Source: Orbicella franksi
Taxonomy: Eukaryota
Direction of reading: 5' to 3'
NCBI GenBank assembly: GCA_964199315.1
Contig: OZ116701.1
Coordinates: 8,122,001 to 8,186,000, forward strand
DNA length: 64,000 nt
A program made the position numbers and the translations under genes. How positions within the stretch are numbered: the stretch's first letter is position 1; every line of letters begins with the position of its first letter. Below are positions 50,571-64,000 of this stretch, one piece after another. Below the pieces are notes generated by a model. The model made no database searches and was not told the origin of the DNA. It saw only the letters and a program-made list of their open reading frames with translations.

Positions 50571-52112
50571 GGCATTATAAAAACACAGAAATGGCTATCT
50601 TGTTTTTAAATTGAAATGATTCTTCTTTCACCCTTGTGCAAAACAAAAGTAAACCGGAACGCAAACTTCTTCACCTCACAAACAAGCGAAAGGTCAGGTT
50701 AATTTTCTGGTGGTGAACAAATTTGTTGTCAGATCTTAAAGGAATAGTTTGAATCGATTTCCTTGGCGTTTATCTCTTGATGACAAGGTGCGTCACAAGC
50801 AGTGTAAAAAATAGTTTCATTATTTGGCAGCAAATTTTTATAATCTACCGTTCATGAGATAGTTAATTCAGCGCGTGAGAAAGCTAAAAAGAATCATGGA
50901 TTAACTTCAATATAATTTAACTTAAAATGAAATTAAGTGAAATTTGATAAAATTACGATCGTTGACACAGTTACATATATATATGTACAATGAATTACAA
51001 CTGCCTGACGTTTACAATATGTGCTTGTCGTTGCTCCCACGCAAATCCACAGATAACACAACTGCAAGTGGACTTATAAGCCAGTCTCGTCCCAGAACCA
51101 TTCATTAAAAAGCACTCCCAAAAGTAATGTTCTAGAAGCCGAGATACTCTTTTTAGGACCAATATTGATTTTGTTCAGAGAGCCGGTCTTCTTTGACCAC
51201 TTACCAAAAAGCGCAGGATCATTTGACGAGATTGAAACCCTTTGCTTCAACTGCGCAACCGAAGTCATTTTTTCCCCTCGCATACCCATTCTCTTGCCAG
51301 AGCCTCCGTTTCTCTTGGTCACGTGGCCATTATAAAACCAGTAGCAATGGGGACGAGGATGATCTCATACCCAGAGCTCGCGCTTTCCGTCAGCGGAGAG
51401 TGCCCGAAAAGCGAGACCAAGAAATCAAAGTCCCAGTTTTGGGACTAGGATAGGCACGTATGTGCAAGCGTAATATTCTAAGCAATGTAACAGAGGAGTA
51501 ATGGTATGAAGGCGTGAGAAATTAATTGAGAATTTACACTACTCGAGATATCTGAAAATTCTTACAAAGGTCAGTGCAAATTTGGGTTTCAAATATCACT
51601 CGTACTGTTAATCCTTAATTGCAAGCGCATTACGATAATCTATACTCATTTGTTCTAGCTTTATATCGTTTCATTTTTTTTAAAAACATTTTGGAAAAGC
51701 TTTCTTGGGACGATCTTTCTATTAGTTGTCCATAAGACAAGCGAATCACAAAATTCTAAGCCTTAGATGTGAGCACCATTTTATTCCAAGACATGTCAAT
51801 TCATAACAGCTGCTACCACTCATTATGTCAGAGTGAGAGAATAAAATTGATGATTGTGACATGTCTAATTCTACCTCTCCCTCCCCTCCCCTCCCTCCTA
51901 ACACGGTCCACTTATCCCACCCCACCCTTGAGTATTCCAGTCGCATCAAGGACACCATTTCGGTTCCTTAGTTAAGTATTTCATCTTTATCAATTTACGT
52001 CTCAATCATCAACGTCCTCAAGTATTGTTAATGTACGGTTAAAGTATTGTTAATCGTTCTTATTTTGAAACATTCATTAGGTTCATCTATTTAGTAATAC
52101 AAAATCAAAATA

Positions 52113-52293
52113 ATAAAGCGTTTACAGTCACGTGGCACAGCAGCTATCCGAATTTATTGGAACAAAAGAAAGTGTTTTCATACGAAAAGAGTTCAACTCC
52201 CACAGGACTGGTTTGGTACACCAACATGGCCGCCGTTTTCTTTCTTTCGAGAGACCAAGATGGCTGCCGCGACGTCATGTGAAAACACTCTAT
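52113..52293. mobile_element. Short MITE (atagagtgttttcacatgacgtc-type terminus)
   Basis: Imperfect TIR ataaagcgtttacagtcacgt / gacgtcatgtgaaaacactctat. Confidence 0.55.
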
Positions 52294-53754
52294 GCCATTG
52301 CTTCTCTCAATTCCTTCATATTCCCTCCCTCCTACCTGATAAACCTTCCTTTAAATATAAATCTCCTGACAGTGTTCGAGCAAGTTAGCCAATCAATTGA
52401 ACTTTATCCAATCTTCTGACCCTACTTGCCGCACAATTTAGGATAAATGAACGGAAAATAAGCTTCCCCTCGTCCCTTCCCCCCTTCCCCACTACAACAG
52501 AGCTTATGTTTCTCCAAAAAGGAAGTCGGAAGTCGACTAGGTTTGAACAATGATACACAACTAATGTAAGCACAGTGATTTGCAAAGTGATGCCATCACG
52601 TCTTAATAGTGTATGTACAATGAATGTCTGTCAGTAACTGTCAACTGCTGGCGGAAATATTTTCGTGTAAAAAGTCTCGCCAACTTGGCAGATAACTCTA
52701 TTTGTCAGCGAGAAAGAACCGAACTTCAGAGGGCAAAGATTACTATCACTTATTTCCATTATTTTGAAATTGGAAGGTCAACTCATCTCATTGGTACGCG
52801 AAACTCGCGAAACTCGAGTTTTTATCGCACCACTGTTCACGTGATTGCAAGGCTGCTTCAAACCCACGCTTGCATCACATGCCACGTGATTTGGACCACG
52901 TGAGCAAAAACATCCATCACAAAGTATTACTCACGTGATGGAGGTAAATATATCACGTGATGTAAATGGGTTTGACTGTATCACAATTCTGAAGTACTAC
53001 AATAAAATCTCAGTTTTGCGGTTCAATTGGACGAGTCTGAGTCTATCATTTGTGTCTTGAGACTGTCGTAAATAGTTTGCCAGACTCTTCTCCCTGCTAA
53101 CCTCTATCTACAACACTAAACTACAAAATTAATTTTTAACCTTATCCATGCAACCCTGTCTTCCATATGTGTTACTTCAACAGAGGTCCCGCTGTACAGT
53201 AGTCACGCCCGCGCAACGTGACGCCCTGGCAGTGACTACAGTGTACTACACAATAAAACGCGCCGTGCTGTTGCTACGCGACGAAGTTTTTGATCAATTT
53301 TGTTATATTTTAGTAGGGTTCCTTTTGATTTAACGAACGAAAATGTAGGATAAAAGTTACCATGGTAAACAAAAGATATGCCACAGGCGCCGGTCGCCGT
53401 GTCAAGTCCACTCTCGCGTGACTTCAAAGGAGCTACGTCACGGTTGCGCATTTTGAGAAGTTTAGCCGCCAAGTTCGTCGTTTGCAATCCGTGTCAATCT
53501 TGACCATCCTTGTTCCTTTATGGTTTATTATTACCTATTTGTTTTTTTTTTCTACCTTACTGTTAGTAAACTATTATTTTCAGGTTTCCTTCAATTTAAA
53601 GGTCATTCTCTACGTGCCCAAAATACCGTGACTGAGCTCCTTAAAGTGGTCAAAACAAATAGAAGCTGTTACAAAGGTGTCAAAAGTGAATCAAAAACTT
53701 CGCACATGAACTGCCCAGGATGGCACAGGATACAGATACAAGTACGACTGAACT

Positions 53755-56700
53755 TCAAGCCATGAAGACGACAAAGACGATGAAGAAGACGATGAGAACG
53801 CAGAATATTTTGACAATTAACCATCTGTTGGATGTGACTGATTGAAAATATTTCAACAGTTCACCGTGCGCCGCTTCCACATTCAGCTCTGTTGCTTCTA
53901 CATTAGCATCAATCCTATAAACAGAGACAAACACGCATTAGCCGGCTTCAAATGGCTTTGGAAACAAATTAGCAGCAAGGGCGCCGAAAATAATTTTAAA
54001 ATACAATGGAATTTACATTTGCTTACGCTGCGTAAGCTTTTCAGCACCAGAGACAACCGGTTGCCAGTTTCCACATGCTTATTACTAGTTGCCTGTTTTC
54101 CACAACTTCACTCGTTGCCTGTTTCCCCACGCTTACTACTGGCTACCTTTTTTTCCAGTGCTTGGCACTGGATTCCTGTTTTCCCGCGCTCGACACTGGC
54201 TGCCTCTTTTCTCGCGCTTAGTACTAGTTACATTTTTTTCAAACCCTTGGCACTGGTTGCCTATTTTCCCGCGCACAGCACCAGCCGCGAGACCAGTAGC
54301 ATGTTTTTGCTTTGAGTTTGAGTTTCGTTAGTTTTATTGCATTATTATTAGTTGTTTTATTTTCGATTGGCCAGATGTCATTACAAATGTCCTTTGGTCT
54401 TCGCTTTACCATAGTGGTTAAAAACCAGGTCAAGCCTTGCCAGAAATTATGAACATAGACTAGAGATCTGTATGCGTTATCTCCAAACCTTTCAATCTGC
54501 TCCTCCTGCTCCTTAACCATGTGAGCAAGCTCTTGAAATATGCTGCCAAGTTCTACAATTGTTGACTCAATGTTCTCCATGGCTGAAGCCCGGCTTTGAA
54601 TGTACTCATCCTAGTGACAAGACACGATAAACAGGTTAGTTAATAAATAGCAGCTTACTGATGTAAATGCATGTAATCAATCCTGCCAGGGGTGAGGAAA
54701 GCAAATACCCTTATCAATTCTTTCTATTATCACAATGAGACCATGTGCAATGTACACTGTGCACTTCAAGACAACAACTTCTCTGTACTTAGTTGCAAGG
54801 TTACCCAATATTATAAGGAAGCGTTTGATTAGAACTATTTCGTACCTCTCCATAAAAAATAGTGACCACCACAATCAATGTGACATAAGTGGAGCGCACT
54901 AACGAAAGTAAGGCGTAATACTGTTGAGTTTACACGTACATGTACAAGGCTTTGCTGGATTCTGATTCCAGGCTGTATTTTCTATGACATGGTATAAATA
55001 GCATTATCCTAAAAATCATGCCACCATAATCCTGGGATTTCATTAAGGACCATGTACCAGGCAAGTTAACCGGTTGTGAGGATGATTTTGCCCACCTGGT
55101 TTGACCATCTGGATGAAAGTTTTATAAAGCATTTCAGCACAAAAAGTTTTGCCCGCCTGTGAAAACTAGTTGCTATCCTGCTGAAAATGTTAATGAAATC
55201 CCTGCGTAGTCTCTAAGACCCTACTTCTAACCTGCTGTTCTACCAGCTGCATTTGGCTCATGTCATTAGACATTGGTGGTCTTGCATCCATGTGATCCAT
55301 GTCTATTGCAACTGCAGCATCGCCTCCTTGCCCCATGTTCCTTGATGCACTGGATCTTTGCAGGACAGAGCCTGGTATGGAAGCTGGAGGCAGGCTGTCC
55401 ACTGCACTTCCTTGAGAGAACTGTTCTCTTCTCTCCTTTTGCTGTTTGAGGTTCTGTTGAATTAAATAGTTCAACAAACATTCAGTTGCCAAGCATTACT
55501 TTCTCCTAACAATACAGGACATCATCAGGAAGGCAGGTAATGAGAAGTAGGAAAATCAACAAAGTAGGTTACGGTAGGTGATATTGTCTTGACGTAGACT
55601 GAAGCACAAAATTACTTTCAGAACATCAAGATGGATAAAAATCAACTAAACCTTCTAATAATGAATTAAAAGAAAAATGCAGTGGTAGACAGTGGCTGTG
55701 ACTGAGGGATACATGTTTACAAAATGATGCAATCCAAGTTATTACATTGCAAACCCTAGACTTAAAACACTGAAAATTTCTCCTGTGAAATAATTTGCAG
55801 TATCCCTTGAAGACAGTAATATTTGTTGACTACAAAACACATGTACTGAACACTCAAACACAGTGACTAGTGTAACTACTTGTAATAATATGGTGACAAA
55901 GCAAATGATCCACATAGTTAGAGCAATAACACTAACAAAGAACTGACATATGAGGATGTTGCTTACCTCTGTTCTCACTTCCAGGACACCTTTAAAATCC
56001 TTGGACATTCTTGCTAATTTTGACTGCAACATTAGAGCAGAGTTATGTAAACACTACATGTAAATTGATAGTTTGTACATACATGTATAGTGTACATGTA
56101 TTTATATAAGAAATGTTACAGTTTTACAAGTTCATGAAACTAGCAAGTTATTACTAAACTGATGTAGGGTGCATAGGCAAATCACAGGTGTACATCTAAT
56201 TACAGCATGTTACAAATGTATATGCTGTAGTTGAAAATGATTTCAGGTCAAAATGATTTCAGACTAGTTATATTTGTATCTTTCTTTGCTTTAGGATTAT
56301 GGTGATAAATGTTCAACAAAGGAAGATACAAATGTAGTAAGTAGTTATTTTAAAATGACAGAGAAATAAGGCCATGTTTTAAGAAATAAATAGCCAAAAT
56401 GACAGGTAAATTATTTTACATTTATCCTGTGCGTGGTGTAGCAGAGTTGACTATCACTCATAGAAAATGAGGGAGAGTAGTCTATGTGTAATTGTTTTAG
56501 TACACTCTTGGTTTAGTCATTTCGTAAACATTCCTTATAGCCCCCAGTGGGGCATAGGACCGCATATAGCCATTTGCCACATCATTATTCTGCTGTACAG
56601 ACCTGAAGTGAGAGCACCACTGTACTGGAGTGAGTTTGTAAATGCTTCCCCTGTGTACTGGCTTTTGACCTCACAAGCTGAAACAAACAAACAAACAAAC

Positions 56701-59700
56701 CATTATGATGATAATTGTGAAAACAGCATCAATGAACTGACAATTTTGGTGTTATTCTCTATCTGTGGAGGTTTCGTTCAATTTAACAGTATTTTAAATA
56801 ATCAGAAATCGACTTAACAATCATGCAAAAAATCTCTTGTTTCTCTATTTTAAGAGTTATATTAAGAATCACAAGTGGAAGCCTGGGAGGATGAAAAAAT
56901 GACATGGGATCAAGAACCACAGTGAAGTGCTCTGACCACACCTTTTTTGCATTATCCTTTGTATCATTCTGGAGTGCTTTTATAAAAGGATAGTGTTTTC
57001 TGTTTCTTTTAGAAGACACTGATGATCATCAAAATGTAAATTATCAATAATTTTGTTAGAGTGAGTTATAATAACAGCTTGTGTAAGTTCTGTGTTTCTA
57101 GATATAGCTTTTAGCATGCACTTTCTTACGCAGTGTTCTCTTAACAAATTGAATTTACTGCAAAGATGCATACTGTAGTTACAGTGTATATTTTAGTCAT
57201 GGAAAAAGTACCCTACATCAAACATACCTCTTGTAACTGGGCAATTTGTTGGTTGAGACTATTAATGTCCTGCAACACCAAACAAAATTGTATTGTCCAT
57301 CATTAACTTGTGACATACTTACATGTACATACTGTCAGTAAATAAATAAATAAATAAAATATAACTTTTTATAGCTTTTAGTCTGATGATTAAAGCTAAA
57401 TTGCTATCCTGACTAAAAGTGAAAGGGAAGAGTGAAGGTCTTGGATTGTAGTTAAAAGAGTCACAGAAATATCTGACGAGTGTGTGACCAGGGCTACACA
57501 TTAAAATGTAACTGAACTTGGTTCTACACATACAAGCTTATAATTGTTATTACAAATTTCTTGGCCATCATTGTGCCAAATTTTCAAGACCATTATCAAC
57601 AATGCTGGGCAACAAACTGTATTTTGAAAGTTATTTCTCTGATTTCAACTAAAAACAAATAGACTGTACAGTGTACCTGCTTTATTATGTAAGTCAGCTC
57701 TTGAATTTCCATGGGTCTGTCATCAAATAATGATTTCTTTTTGGCCACTACATTGTATCATTGAAATAAAATGTGTAACATACATAATTATCTAGTATAT
57801 ATTATAATATTATAAACTTACATAATTGTATAAGATTTTGTTACAGTGTATATTAAGGCAATACAGAAGTATGAACTACAAGTAGCAAGCTATTTTAGAA
57901 ATAATCAAATAATGCTATGAAGGTGAAATTGATATTTACTGGATGATCTAAGATATATTTTTGGCCTATTTGAAACACTCAGTTACAACTATCAATGATG
58001 ATGACAATATGCAGGGCTGTCAATAAGGGCTGTAACCCGCAACACCTGTTATGGCTGAGTATGTTTGATGGACCCTTGATGTTATGGGTTAACAGGCCTG
58101 TAGTTGATACAATTCACTCAAAATGTAACAAGTTTGCTACAGGTGTGAAGATCAAGGGGTGAGTTAGAACTTAATGACAGTTCTGATATGTAAATAAGGA
58201 TTGCTTTAGGTTGAAGAGTTGAACTGATCTGTTTTCAACAGGCTCTTGACGTAAAACTATGAATTCAAAAAGGGTTATAATTTGCATATACACATGTATA
58301 TCAAGTCATTATCTAATGAAATTGATCATGTTCACTCACAGATAGCAAGCTTTTCCAGTTTTGCAAAAGTGTTGCTGATGTCCTTTCCGATGTGCCTGAA
58401 GTAGATGTATTTGATTTAATTAACAAAATTAAATCTAAATAATTGACCGTAAATTAAAAGCAGTCTGAAAGTACAATCCTCCCACAAAGTGGCCCCTTGT
58501 AAAAATTAATGATCATGTGAAACCAGCAACTTCAAATGTACATGTAGCTTGGATTTCTTTTGCATTTCAGAACAAGGATCTTGGCCTCTCAGTGATTCCC
58601 AGTGATTCCCTGACTGACTGAGGGACAACAACATGGTGCCTCCATACCAAGCTCAATAAATTTGGGTGAAACATTTCTCTGAATGGTGCAGTATGAAAAA
58701 CCGCACAAACCCTAATCTTGGTGACGTTTTTTATTCGTCTGTGTATTTCAACCATTTATAACACCACAGGACCAACCCAGCATTCATCAACCCTCCTTCA
58801 TTTTTTTCTTTGTCTCATACATGTACTGTAATCTCATGAAGTTTTGTGTTACATCTCTTTGATATCAAGGGTCATTACTTTGAGAATTTTACTACATGTA
58901 CTTTTATAATTTAGCACACAGGCACTTGAAGTAGTCTGGCAAAAGCACTGTCTTAGTTTTTTACTTTAAGACTTACTTGGCAATGACAAAAAACTGACTT
59001 TTCTGAAGTCCATTTGGCCTTTGATGGTCTAGCCTTTTTCCAGTCAAATTATTTCCCTGCAAAACATGTAATTGATCAAATCAAATTACTTTATTGTACA
59101 GTAAAGAAAATGTCACTATTATTAAAATTTCTAAATTTTAAACTGGTACAACTGCATTTTGACACACATTTCACACAAGTTTATGTATCACCTTGGCACA
59201 ACTTTGATCGAGCCACATTGCAGATTACAGGTTATACACAATGTACATGTTGTATGTACATAGTCTCTTGCAGGATGATATACTTTTGATCTCATCCAGA
59301 TGAGACTATGTTATGTCTCCTGACATGAGAATCACTTCTCTTGACATAAGAAACAATGTGAGCTCTTCCAATGGTAAACAAACAGACAACTTGACTCTGC
59401 AACAATAGCCAAACGTATACCACAATAGCTATGCTGTGGTTCAGTTATACCCTGCAGCACAATTTGGAATTTACTTTGTTCTGATGTGGTGGTGGCCTCA
59501 TGGTCAGTGTGCTCTACTTCAGATCTAGTAGCCCAGGTTCAAGCCCTGGCCAGGGACATTGTGTTGTGTCATTGGGCAAGGTACTTATACTTCACCCCAA
59601 CAATGGGCACCAGCAAATTTACATGTAATGCTGAGGGTATCCCTGCAATAGACTAGCATCTCATCCAGGGGGGAGTAATTCAGAAAACAAAGAATATCGA

Positions 59701-61285
59701 GTCAGTTTTGAAACACTGAGATATTTTAAAAGCAGCATAAAGGGAAAACAACAATAACGATAGCAATAAAAAACATGCAGCGCGAGTTAAATCTGAGCAT
59801 GTACGTGTACAATCAGGTACATGTAGGTGGCAAAGTGACAGGGACAAGAACCATATTGGTCAGGGCTCGAAACTGTGACTCACTAGTTGCCAATGCGACC
59901 AAAAACTGAGCACTGGCGACTAAATTTTCAGAACTGGTTGCCAGCTGGCGACTAGTGACTCACGTTTTGTTCGATAACTAAAGAAAACCCCGACACAACT
60001 TTTGTTTTTAAATCTTTATATTAGGAAATCAATCGGATATGGTAGCTAGTATACAACTCTCCTTTCCGTCCCCAGTAAAATAATGTCTGAATATTACAAG
60101 ATAATTGAAAACTTGAATGTATTTCGACACGTCGATACTGCGTTCACAACGCGCCATATTGTTTCAGCGGCTTCTTCCGAAACTGTTTGTCGGCAGCGAA
60201 AGGCGTTGAGGAAAGCAAGTCGAAAATAAAGAACGGCATTTTGAAGAAGTAGCAAAGGGAAAATACGCAAGGACCCGTGTTTGTCTCACGATGAAAACCA
60301 CGGACTTGAAATGTTTTATGTTTCGCTTCATTTAAAATGACTATGGAGATAACCATCACCTTCGGACCAGGGACGTATCACCTGAGAACAGCAGTAGCTT
60401 TCTGTAACTAAGTGTTACTCGTGTTGTTTTTAATTGTTTTCGCTCTTCAATTGTGACTTTTCTTGCGTGCGAAGTAACGTATAAAATCTTGTTCATTTGT
60501 AAGTTATATATAAAATAAGTTGGCGACCAAAATTTACGATCTGGTGATCAAAATTTTTCCGTTAGTTGCCAGCTGGCTCCCAAACGAAAAAGTTAATTTC
60601 GAGCCCTGTTGGTAAGATAGCAATGACCCTTAGATAACTTCCCTTAGTACGCCTCCAATGCAATGGAACTTGTAGTTCAATGTGAGTGGTTTTTAAATAA
60701 TATCATTCAAATATCACTACCATATATTCTCACAATATTGTCACCCTCTAAGTTGCATGATACACAAAACTAAATCAAAATAATCCCTTCAAATTTTGAA
60801 GCCAGTCTAAGCTGTTAAAGTATACAGCTGAATAAAATTTGATAATCAAGGTACTAGCTAGTTCATCTGTTCCAGATGGACATTTAAGCCTATAATTTAA
60901 GCTTAATCACAATCGTAAAGAATTCAGTCGACTCATACAGGACAACAAAACTGCGGATCTACATCAAACGCTTAAAAAATAGCCAAGCTAAAGTACAGGT
61001 CAGCCGGTTAGTACATCTAGTTTCGTAATGTATTACCAAATAATGCACGTAAAGTTCAATTTTTAGCTAAACAATTACTGTTCAACTGAACTTAAACAAG
61101 GACATTTCTAACTTTACCTGTCGTGACTGGAGTGATTTTACGGCGGAGATAAACTCCGATGTTCTGTCTCTACATGTCGTCATATCCACTGCTGCTAAGT
61201 TGAAGCTGTTTTCACTTGAAAACTCCACTCGAGTTTGATCACTGTCTTCACCGCTCGACCGTGTTCGGCGGCGTCGAGTGATCAT
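53755..61285 (-). CDS. STX5: Syntaxin-5, 350 aa; 10 coding exons: 61285-61118, 59056-58977, 58395-58340, 57747-57677, 57269-57228, 56677-56603, 56023-55967, 55453-55232, 54610-54489, 53914-53755
   Basis: All introns GT-AG with consistent phases, 1053 nt in total. Motifs CRDRTSEF, IGKDISNTFAKLEKL, AKKKSLFDD, MENIESTIVELGSIFQELAHMVKEQEE, LLKYFQSVTSNRWL and a C-terminal TM anchor. Confidence 0.96.
54055..54300. repeat. Degenerate ~29-bp tandem repeat (gttttcccgcgcttggcactggttgcct-like) in the last STX5 intron
   Basis: About 8 imperfect units. Confidence 0.75.
59491..59677 (+). mobile_element. Truncated, CpG-decayed copy of the tRNA-derived SINE in STX5 intron 1
   Basis: Aligns with 43139-43340. 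Confidence 0.75.
59861..60608. mobile_element. 748-bp non-autonomous hAT-like element with 12-bp TIR CAGGGCTCGAAA and a 5-bp TSD
   Basis: TTGGT at 59856-59860 and 60609-60613. Confidence 0.75.
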
Positions 61286-61706
61286 GGGGACACTACATGG
61301 GTGAGTGTTTAACCCTCATTTCTCCTCTAACACCTTCCCATATTGTGATACTTTTATGAAATAAAAGTCCTAGCTTCAGTTGAGAGTACTATATGTGTTA
61401 AAGGGAGCTAGGGTGAAGAAAAAACAAGCAAAATTGTGACACAAATTTCAAATCTTCTTCCCGGCTCAGACAGGAAAGACTCACTGAAATGGTGACGTAG
61501 AACTTAGGGAATAACCGCTGAACATTAGATCGCGGGCCACACAGTCGGCCTTTGACAGATCTTTCTTCCAAGAACTTGAAAACTGACCCCTCTTCCTACG
61601 GATCTTATGGCACGTCAGGTCCACGAAACGCCAATATTATGATTATTGCACTCTTAAACGGTCTTCTTCCGCCTTTGGATGCTTTGAAAACTGCTTTGGA
61701 TTTGTT
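61286..61706. promoter_or_regulatory. Putative bidirectional promoter STX5 / GPR137
   Basis: Only 421 bp between divergent start codons. Confidence 0.6.
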
Positions 61707-63611
61707 ATGATGGAAGAGAGTGAAATGAACTTCATAGTTACACCATCTACAGCTTTCCACGATCACGCAAGTGTTGGCCCAACAAACTATGACAAATCAA
61801 TCCGCAGTTATACAATTAACTTCACCACTCCGGCGGATATTCTGCCTCCTATTTCACACCTTGCGCAGCTTGTGTTAGCCAGTGTCTTCACAGTGTTGTA
61901 CGCTGTCTTATTCCTATTGATTTTAGTGCAACTTTATCTCATCTTGTACTTCAAGCACCGTCGATTGTCGTATCAGAGTGTTTTCTTGTTTATCTACCTG
62001 TTTTGGGCCGCGCTTAGAACTACACTCTTTTCCTTTTATTTCAACGATACTAGTCCGTTGCAAGCGAAGAACCAGAAGAACATCGGTTCTTTAGCAAGAT
62101 GGCTTCTCTTTGCACTGCCGATCTGCCTTCAATTTCTCACTTTGTCGCTGTTAACTCTATACTTGGCGAAGGTAGGAGCGAAAACATATATAAGCTTAAA
62201 TTTAAGGGTTAACCATTTAAAATTGAAGATATCAAATGTTGCATTCTTTCATTAACTACAGACCAAGCTTTTGCAACGACTTTGTGACTTTGCAGGCAAG
62301 TAGAGTGTTTAGCCTATAGCAATTTTTTTTCATTCCAATTTATATTCCTGTGCATTTCCGCCTTTCGCTGGTCACGTGAGAGAAGTTCAACATAGTCAGG
62401 TCTTACTTGACTACGATTGGAGAGGTTGTAATCCTGGAGGGTCGAATTTTGATGATATTTAGATGAGCCTACGTTAATTTTCTAAAAGGCATTTTACCTG
62501 TAGTAATATTTTCTTTACCTTCATGTAGTTATTAATTTTAAAATGCAAATTAGACTCATCTGGTTTTCCATGACATTCTGTTTACAGTTGATGTGGAACT
62601 ATATACACTTAATTACTAGTCTCGAGGGAAACAGTTTTGTTTTCTTGAAGATCTTGATGTTCAAGATGGAAGGGAAAACAGAACTAACTGTTTCCCAAAG
62701 GACCAGTAATTAAGGGTTTTGTTATATCGCTGGAGTTCATGGTGTAAGGTAATAAGTCAAGGAAAAGTCAAAGTAACCTGTGGTTAGTGCAAGAGTGGAC
62801 AACAATTCCATAATGATTGCCCACTGGGGTGACATTTATATTTAGCTGTTGCCACGTGACCATAAATCAGTGAATAAGTGTTTGTGTTACATTCAACTCA
62901 ACTCCATCTATACAACGAGAGCACTTATTTAATGAGCAGCTGGGTTCTAGCAAATGTTATTAAGGTTACTAGGGCAAGCATGACATCTTAAGACTTGGTG
63001 AAATATTTTGCTGATCATGTTTTAGTCTTATGGTGATTTTTGAGATTTAATGCACACAATGTCTTGAATTTTTGTCCTGCGAATGTAAATGTATTCCTGG
63101 CTGTCACTTATCTTGCTTGTCTTGTCGCTTGAGACAATAGGGACAGCCAAGTGACAGCCAAGCAACAGCCCAGGGACAGCCAAGCGACAGCCAGAGAAAC
63201 ATCTTCGTTCACAGGCGATTGAATTTTATAAGGTTAAATATAACTTTTTTTCAAAGAAAACTATTTTAATATGGGGAGGGAGGGATGGTGAGTGTTTTTA
63301 GATTATTAATATGTTGCCAGGCCATGAGTCATCCTTGGGTAGCCAGAGGCAGATAGTCAGGACGAAGCTATTTTTTGGGCGATACAATATTTTCCAATGA
63401 AAGTTTACATCAGAGCGGGAGAGCCCCGCTCTTCTGCTCGTGATGTAAACTTTTGCCTGAAAATATTGCTTGGCCATGAGTTAGATGGGTATCCTTAGTT
63501 ATTTCGTTACCATGCCTTTGGTTAAACTTTTCTTTTGTTCTCTTGGTTATTTTTTAAATCCCAGGTTGTGTTAAAAACCAGAAGAATTTCTTTTGACCCA
63601 ATAACATTTAG
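61707..63611 (+). CDS. GPR137: GPR137/TM7SF1-family integral membrane protein, 5' part; exons 61707-62171 and 63565-63611; continues beyond the window
   Basis: VQLYLILYFKHRRLSYQSVFLF, FWAALRTTLFSFYF, LPICLQFLTLSLL. AAG|gtagg donor, cccag| acceptor, AG|gtaag donor. Confidence 0.85.
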
Positions 63612-64000
63612 GTAAGAAAATATCTATGCAGTATGCACACTTATGTTTTGAGGTGCAATATCATGAGATCTTTTATTTAGGGAGATATTGGACTCTGGTC
63701 AGATTTAGATTTTTTTGTTGTAAACTGGCAGAAAAAAGAACAACACTAATATATGTATTGACTAAACAAGCTACAGCTGTAGTCCAGGTATTATTCTATA
63801 CATTTAATGGATCTATTCAAAACTTTGCTGATGAATAAATGCTTAGACTATCCCCCACTATCCATAATGTATTCTTGGGACTGTATTAAATAATTATGCC
63901 AAAATTACATGTTGGCATTATAGATGTTAAGTTTTCAGTTCACCTTTGTGAAAATCAAAGCATTTTGCCAAAACTATAGTGTATAAATTAGTGAGCAGTC

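Noticed and set aside
1-64000. CRISPR arrays, rRNA, tRNA genes, prokaryotic operons
   Set aside because: None seen. The tRNA-like boxes belong to SINE heads, and spliceosomal introns show the window is eukaryotic.

Overview
Eukaryotic, AT-rich window, most likely from a stony coral (inferred from the repeat families and receptor types; not proven). It has three zones. (1) 1-11.3 kb: an older, diverged duplicate of the locus, a decayed DDE transposon and MITEs. (2) 11.3-40.8 kb: a four-unit tandem array. Each unit carries a small two-exon gene that the ORF track misses. It encodes a 68-69 aa secreted precursor: signal peptide, one short peptide, a G-R-K-R amidation/cleavage site and a C-x7-C tail. 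Each unit also carries a convergent class A peptide GPCR, intact in unit 4 and broken in units 1-3. A 2143-bp dead Penelope-like retroelement sits exactly at each of the three unit junctions. All four precursor genes are intact, and their differences concentrate in the predicted mature peptide (SLSYIGQPPI-, SILSIGQPPI-, SISIGQPPI-, RRGPVWQAPV-amide). (3) 41-64 kb: a second intronless peptide GPCR, a complete 10-exon syntaxin-5 gene (minus strand) and the first exons of a GPR137-family gene head-to-head with it. The most promising candidate system is the diversifying amidated-peptide gene array physically linked to peptide receptors. Ligand-receptor pairing is a hypothesis only. All alignments and translations were done by eye.
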